Below are positions 58,135-64,000 of a DNA stretch of 64,000 nt, piece after piece (within the stretch, counting starts at the first letter, position 1; every line of letters begins with the position of its first letter). The stretch lies in the NCBI GenBank assembly GCA_054600435.1, contig BAAIJX010000008.1, positions 310,001 through 374,000 of the forward strand, given 5' to 3'. The DNA is from Neophaeotheca triangularis (taxonomy: Eukaryota). The notes under the pieces were generated by a model. That model made no database searches, was not told the origin of the DNA, and saw only the letters and a program-made list of their open reading frames with translations. The position numbers and the translations under genes were made by a program.

Positions 58135-59794
58135 CTAGCTTTGCTTGCACTCAGCGGCCTCCTGTTTAGGTTTTGAGCCATCCTCCTGCACGAATTAGCA
58201 TGTTTGACTTGGCCCAGCTGGAGGGAGTGCCGTCGCCACTTACCGCATCCTCGTCCTCGTCTTCGTCATCCTCGTCACGGTCCTCGTCCTCGTCATCTTC
58301 GTCGTCCTCGTCCTCAAACTCGTCCTCCTCGAAGTCGTCGAGGTCTTGCTCGAACCTGAGCGCCTCGCCAGTGAACCAGTCGATGGCGCGCGGGATAAGC
58401 TTCTCCTTGATGTCCTCGCCGAGCTGGTAGTCGAGTTCGAGCTTGGCTTCGATGTCCTCGTCAACCTCGTCGTCCTCGTCCTGCGGTGGGGAGGCTGGGT
58501 TGAAAAAGTCGAAGAAAGATGGGGTGGGAATGGACTTCCTGACGATGCGGGTCTGCTTGGTGTCTGCAGAACGGGTTAGTATTTGGGACCACCAAGTTTC
58601 TGAGCGCGTCAAGACTCACTCTTATTCCTCTGCTTCTTGCTCTCGACCCTGGTGGTGAGGTCCTTGTCGGCCTTCCACTCGATCTTGTCACCCTCGGCGT
58701 GGTCGTAAATGAAGTCGCCACCGTAGCCGTTCTCCTCCTGGTAGTAGTATGTCTTCTTGAGTTCCTTGTTGGTGAAGAAGTCGTTGTCCTCAAACTGGAA
58801 AATGAGCCTGAAGCCAGGACGGTCGAGGTACTCCATGCGGATGTCTGTAAGATGCTTGAGGGCCTCTTCGTCGCGCTCGGTGATGGTCTCAGCAAGCGAA
58901 GAGTTCTTCATGGCGCTGAGCCAGAACTCTGGGATACCCTTGAGGTCGGTGGCAGCCTGCTCCTCCTTTTGCTCTGGCTTCTTCTCAGCCTCTTCCTCCT
59001 CGTCATCCTCCTCGTCTTCCTCGCCAGCCTCAATTTCCTGTTCGCTGGGATCGGCGTGGCCGTTGACGATCTTGGAGCGCTTCTCGTATAGCGGGGTGAA
59101 CTTCTTGAAGAATTGCTTCTCAAGGTCCAACACAGCCTCCTGGAACTCGGCCTCGAGCTTGGCATGCTCCTTTTGCACACCTTTGAGACCTGCGACACGC
59201 TTCCTGACCTGAGGTGGGAGGTTCTCGACGTAGCCCGATGACTTGCCGACAAGACCTTGGAGTTTGTTCTGCATCATGGAGACGAGCTTGGGGTTTTGCG
59301 CGAAGATGGAAGCGGCGGCGGCGCGGTCCATGTCCTCTGTTGTACGGTACTTAGCATCCGAAGTTGGAGGAGAGTCTTTGGCATCTGCGGTCGCATCATT
59401 ACCTTCTTTGATAGAGCTCACGGCCGGAGCCTGGGCGCGCGAAGAGATTGGCGCATTGTTTGCGGGCGTGTTTTGGGGGGTTCTAAGATCCATGACGTTA
59501 GAGACAAAGAGGGAGTGAAGGGGCAGACAGATGTGGTGAGTATGAAAGGGTAGAAAGAGTAAAAGAGTAGAGGTGAAGTGGAAGTAGGTAGTAGTGAAAC
59601 GAGGATGTGTGCAGTGTGTGTAGTGTAGTGTAGTGTAGGTGAGGGTGGGGTTTTGCGTGGCAGATAAAATTTCACTTGTCCGCGTTGCAGAGCAGCAGAG
59701 GGGCGGGCGGGTACTTGTGGATGGGGGGGGTTTGACGGGTAAGGTATCTGACTTACGGTGCAGGCTGCGCGGCGCTGCCCTTTTTGAAGTCCAT
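58135..59794 (-). CDS. NAP1: Nucleosome assembly protein Nap1
   Basis: [67 protein letters not shown], acidic tail and C-terminal CKQS. Introns 59483-59756, 59337-59402, ~58565-58619 and ~58188-58243. Confidence 0.95.
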
Positions 59795-60109
59795 GGCTGC
59801 TGGCGACGGACGGACGGAGGGGCGGAGGGATGAGGGTGAGGGAGGTCAGGGTATTCGAGGGTGAGTAGGCGGATATTAAAAATTGGCGTGCAGAAGATAA
59901 AGGTGGTTATGTGAGGTGTGGTGGCGTCTGTGGTGAGAAGAGGACAGTAGTAGTGGCGGCAGCAGCAGCAGCAGCAGCGGGAGCAGTAGTTTGTGAGTGG
60001 AGGGTTGTCGTGTTGAGAGCTGGTTGGGGCTGGCGATGGATGCTTGCTTGCGAATGGGATTTGCTTGCGAGCCTGATTTCCGTGCTAGCACTCTACGGTA
60101 CGGTACGGT

Positions 60110-60267
60110 ACTACTACTACTACTACTACTACTACTGCTACTACTACCACCTAGCCTCACGAGAGAGTCATGACCCCCTCGGCGCTTACTTTGCCGATGC
60201 CAAGCTCTCTAATATGAGGCAGAGATGAGGCATCAATAGTCCATACTACTACTACTACTACTACTAC
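60110..60267 (+). repeat. Two (TAC)n microsatellite tracts in NAP1/TIM8 divergent promoter
   Basis: Tracts at ~60110-60146 and ~60245-60267. Confidence 0.9.
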
Positions 60268-60369
60268 CACCCAACATACAGTGGACATAGAGACTGCGGT
60301 GATACACATCGATCACCATATACCCGCATTCCGACACCCATCGCATTCCTACACATATCTCAGCACATC

Positions 60370-60793
60370 ATGGACCAACTCAATATGGACCCACAAGCCC
60401 AAGAAGGTCTCAAGAACATGTCTCAAAAAGACAAGTGCGCCACACCACCACCACCATCATCTCGCGCAAAACAACCACAGCAAATGCTAACCATATCCCC
60501 CACCTCTGCAGGCAAGAACTGAACCAGTTCATCATCAACGAGTCGCAAAAGTCGCAGATCCAGTCCAGTATGTTCGCACAGCTCGCGCCATCACCATCCA
60601 ACCCTTGTTAACGCTTTCTTCACCAGCCGTACACAGCTTGACAGACGTTTGCTTCCGCAAATGCATCACCTCGAAGATTTCCGCCGGAGCTCTTGACAAG
60701 AACGAGCAGCCCTGTATGCAGAATTGTGTCGACCGTTTTATGGATGCCAACAACACTGTGCTTCAGCACTTGGAAGAGATGAGGGGGATATGA
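60370..60793 (+). CDS. TIM8: Mitochondrial intermembrane-space chaperone Tim8
   Basis: Three exons: ..DKQELNQFIINESQKSQIQSTVHSLTDVCFRKC..CMQNCVDRFMD (twin CX3C). Confidence 0.9.
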
Positions 60794-61153
60794 TTTCGTT
60801 TCATAAGAAACATCACTGTATAGTAGGCCCGTGTACAATAGGCAGATGATATGGACGAAGCTCAATTACAAGGCGCTGTTTATAACCTTAAGAGGAGCAC
60901 GATGAGGATACGGTACGGCTTCACCGGAGACGAAGCTTGCTTGAAAGGCCAAAATGTTTGAGCAGCGCCCAAGGCGGACTGTTTTATCTTTGCATAGCTA
61001 TTATACTCTACGCTTGGTATATCGGAGAGGGCGAGATGCTTGACGCATTCGTCATGCCATATCAAGATCTTCCACTGCTTGTCAATTCGTATCACCTCCC
61101 CTGGTGGTCCACCCCGGTCGTGCCCAATGCCCATCATCTTAGCTAAAAGTAGC

Positions 61154-61883
61154 TTAGACAATGGCAAGCTTGGTAGCCGCAATGTCGAGAGCATCGACAT
61201 CGGGTGTCAGCCTGGCGAAGGCCTTCTTGGAGCCGTCGGGCCTGAAACATTGTCAGCTTGCTACCCGGTTTCCGAATCACAACTTTTTCCCATACCTGAC
61301 GAGGGTGTTGAGCTTAACGCAGTCAATGTCGTAAAGCTTCTTGAGCGCCTGCCTAATTTGCCTCTTGTTCGCCTTGGTGTTGACAATAAAGACGAGGGTG
61401 TTGTTCTCCTCAATCTTCTTCATGGCAGATTCGGTGTTGAGCGGGTGGATGACAATCTTGCTCATGTCCAGCATGGGCTGGCTGGGGATCGACTTGCGCG
61501 GGTACTTGGGCGAGCGCGAGAGCGTGAGGGTCTTCGGCAGGTGGAAGGAAGTCGACTTGCGGACTTTGTGGGCCTTGTGCGAGTTGACCTGTAGTAATTA
61601 CAGGCCGTCAGATGATGGGAGCTCTGACACGCCTCATGGCTGGGGATACGGAAGAAGGCTTACACCGCGCAGAGTCGCTTTCGCGGCCTGGTTGGCTTTG
61701 GCAGAAGGCTTGCTGGGCTTCTTCGCGCCTGTTGAATAGTGTCAGCTGGACAGTCCAATCCGCAGAGGGAGTCGTTCATCGCTGATGCTGCGCAAACGCT
61801 TCGATTTCGATTTCGGTTTCGATTTCGATATCGGGTGGTGGACTCATACCCTTGACAGGGGCGGTGGTGTTCTTGGGAGCCAT
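61154..61883 (-). CDS. RPL25: 60S ribosomal protein L25 (uL23)
   Basis: [60 protein letters not shown]. Four introns. Confidence 0.96.
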
Positions 61884-62215
61884 GGCGGTTGACGGTGGCT
61901 TGTCTTTTGTCGGCGTAAATTGAAGCTGATGTCGCTCGTGGTGAGGTCGCAAAGTCGCAAAGTCGGCGTGTGAAATTCGATACTTCGCTTGCCTGACTAG
62001 CGTGCCAAGATTTGTGAGCTCAGAATGCCTAAGGCATCCACATACATCAAGCAGGCGCGGTCACCGGCTCCTTCACCATATGAACACGCATGTCAACACG
62101 TTTTCTAGCTTCACAAAAAGATTTCATTGACGATACTACGAAGAACATTATTCTCTAGCAATCAGCCTTAGCATGACTTTCTGCAGTACAAAGCATCGCA
62201 AAACCAAAGATCCCC

Positions 62216-63607
62216 ATGGATGAACCACTCCTTTGCCCCTTTGCCTGCGGGTATAAGGGCCACGACGCATATGGAATGCAAGAACACATCGAGGTTCATC
62301 ACACTGAGGACTCTCCATTCGCTGTGACCGATCCAGCACCGTTACGACCCTCAGAAACCACCGATTACGAAGGAGACTTCACCATGCAAAGAGGTCACCA
62401 CAAGGACGAGCCCTGCTTCACCAAGTGTACCCGGCCTGGTTGCGGTGAACACGTTCAACTGTTCGAAATCGATGAGCACCTTGAGATGCATGAAGCCATG
62501 CATATGTCTGCGACAGATGAATCGGAACCTTTGTTGCAAGAATCCCGTGCAAGCAGCGCCAAGCGTTCACCGTACCCTCAAGACCAGGCCAGGAAATCAA
62601 GCAGGTCGGGACCGATCGCAGGGACTTCTCAGACTCCTGGCTCATTGCTGGATTACTTCAAACGGGGGTCGGACCTGACCAGCATGGCGAACAGAGCCCG
62701 CAGTGCAGGTCAAAGTTTGCTTGACAAACAGAAGACGGCTCGTGCTGGCAAGGGTGACTTGGGCCCCTACGCGTACGAAGCAGAAATGCCTGCCAAAGTC
62801 ATGACAACGTTACTTGAAGAGTCAAAGCCACGTCCCAAAAACCGCATCGGAAACGGAATGCTTCTGGAGACTTTCCTGCACGTGCCCAACCAGACCCCCG
62901 ATCTCATCCCACTCCTCGCAAACCTCTTCTCATCCTCCGAAAACGCCACCGTCACCTACTTGTGCTCACCAGCCGTCTGCCATATCTCACGGATCAAATG
63001 CGAAGGCGAATTCTGCGGCTACTGGAACATCCAAATGGTATGCTCGGGCCTGCGCACCCAACGCCCCGCCAACAACATCGCCGACGTCCCCAACGTCTTC
63101 CAGATCCAAGACGTCGTCGAAGAAGCCTGGAAGCATGGCATCTGCGCCATCGGCAAAACGCAAACCGGCGGTATCCGCAACACGCGAAAGTGGATCGGCT
63201 CGCTCGAAGCCGTCGCTTTCTTCCGCAACACCAACACCCAGGTCGACGCCCTGTCCTTCAAATCCGTCAAAGCCCTGCTCGATCACGTCGAGGCCTACTT
63301 CATGAGCGGTCTCAGCTGTTCCAAGGCAGTCGGCTCTTCCCGTATGACGAAGCTGCCGGCCGTCTACTTCCAGCGTCGTGGCCACTCGATGACGTGCGTA
63401 GGTCTGGAGAGAAAGGTCGACGGCTCGAGGAATTTACTGGTCTTTGATCCTTCGTGGTCGACGACGGAACCGATGAGGAGAATGTTGGCCGGTGGCAACG
63501 TTAGGGTGAAGTCGGAGATCATGCTGAAGCCGTATCGCAAGAGTGAGGAGTCGTTGGGGAAGTGGGCGGAGTTTGAGCTCGTCACGCCTGTTAATCCGAC
63601 GAAGTGA
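62216..63607 (+). CDS. Peptidase C78 family (ZUFSP/Mug105-like deubiquitinase, DUF1671) with N-terminal zinc fingers
   Basis: CPFAC..HIEVHH and CTRPGC..EHLEMH fingers, catalytic FCGYWNIQM, TRKWIGS, YFQRRGHSMTCVG and LLVFDP. Confidence 0.85.
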   Translation: MDEPLLCPFACGYKGHDAYGMQEHIEVHHTEDSPFAVTDPAPLRPSETTDYEGDFTMQRGHHKDEPCFTKCTRPGCGEHVQLFEIDEHLEMHEAMHMSATDESEPLLQESRASSAKRSPYPQDQARKSSRSGPIAGTSQTPGSLLDYFKRGSDLTSMANRARSAGQSLLDKQKTARAGKGDLGPYAYEAEMPAKVMTTLLEESKPRPKNRIGNGMLLETFLHVPNQTPDLIPLLANLFSSSENATVTYLCSPAVCHISRIKCEGEFCGYWNIQMVCSGLRTQRPANNIADVPNVFQIQDVVEEAWKHGICAIGKTQTGGIRNTRKWIGSLEAVAFFRNTNTQVDALSFKSVKALLDHVEAYFMSGLSCSKAVGSSRMTKLPAVYFQRRGHSMTCVGLERKVDGSRNLLVFDPSWSTTEPMRRMLAGGNVRVKSEIMLKPYRKSEESLGKWAEFELVTPVNPTK

Positions 63608-64000
63608 TCTTGCTGGGATCGCGTTGAAAGGGGGAGGGCCGACAAGCAGCGCTAAGCTGGTAGCAGGGACTGCGGTTTCGTGTCCCTGCGTCGATCTCCG
63701 TTGGTCAATTGGGAGAGGCTAGGGTACTGCAAGCCATGCTTTCGTGAAGTACTCTTTCGCGAATTGCGTCGCAGGCCCGAGATGAAGCGCGCCTTTAAGT
63801 CGGACAGATTAGCGCTTAATGAGGATATGACGATAGATCTTTTCAAATTGTACCTCTGCATGCAATGGTCAATGATAGTTCCCTCCAATTGGCTGTTTCC
63901 ATCTCCGCTTAGGTTGATTTCGCGTCTCGATTACAGCTACGAGTAGCATGGAGTAGGCAAATCACCTGCGGCACCACCATGTCTTCGGGGGGTCTAAAGA

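Noticed and set aside
58135..58150. NAP1 C-terminal CKQS CaaX-like motif as a novelty
   Set aside because: Known feature of the Nap1 family.
63652..64000. Gene fragment at window end
   Set aside because: Short ORFs on both strands with no recognisable homology; cannot be supported.
1..64000. CRISPR array, rRNA or intact transposon
   Set aside because: Eukaryotic sequence. Repeats are simple microsatellites, and I saw no transposase or reverse transcriptase motifs, LTRs or TIRs.

Overview
This is a gene-dense window of a filamentous ascomycete genome. The short GT-AG introns with CTRAC/CTAAT branch sites and the gene content are consistent with Pezizomycotina, probably a Dothideomycete (inference). 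I reconstructed about 27 protein-coding genes by hand-splicing. Most are conserved housekeeping genes, often in head-to-head pairs: rps24/EFM3, NSE4/VPS34, ESS1/RPB9, MRPL38/SET9, NAP1/TIM8 and RPL25/ZUFSP-like. Others include a GH78 rhamnosidase, a peroxisomal acyl-CoA dehydrogenase, PSY2, ApsA/Num1, an M14 carboxypeptidase, CWC24, ADE12 and two transporters. The most notable observations are four. (1) The long second intron of RPB9 is an open in-frame extension encoding an alternative Cys4 C-terminus. (2) A TATA + A-box + B-box Pol III-type unit that is not a tRNA is followed by tandem hairpins and a T5 terminator, a candidate ncRNA. (3) An astacin-like secreted metalloprotease has its zinc motif split by introns and is invisible in the ORF track. 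(4) A decayed 2OG-Fe(II) dioxygenase pseudogene sits head-to-head with an intact MFS transporter. I saw no CRISPR array, rRNA, canonical tRNA or intact transposon. All family assignments are from motif recognition, not database searches.
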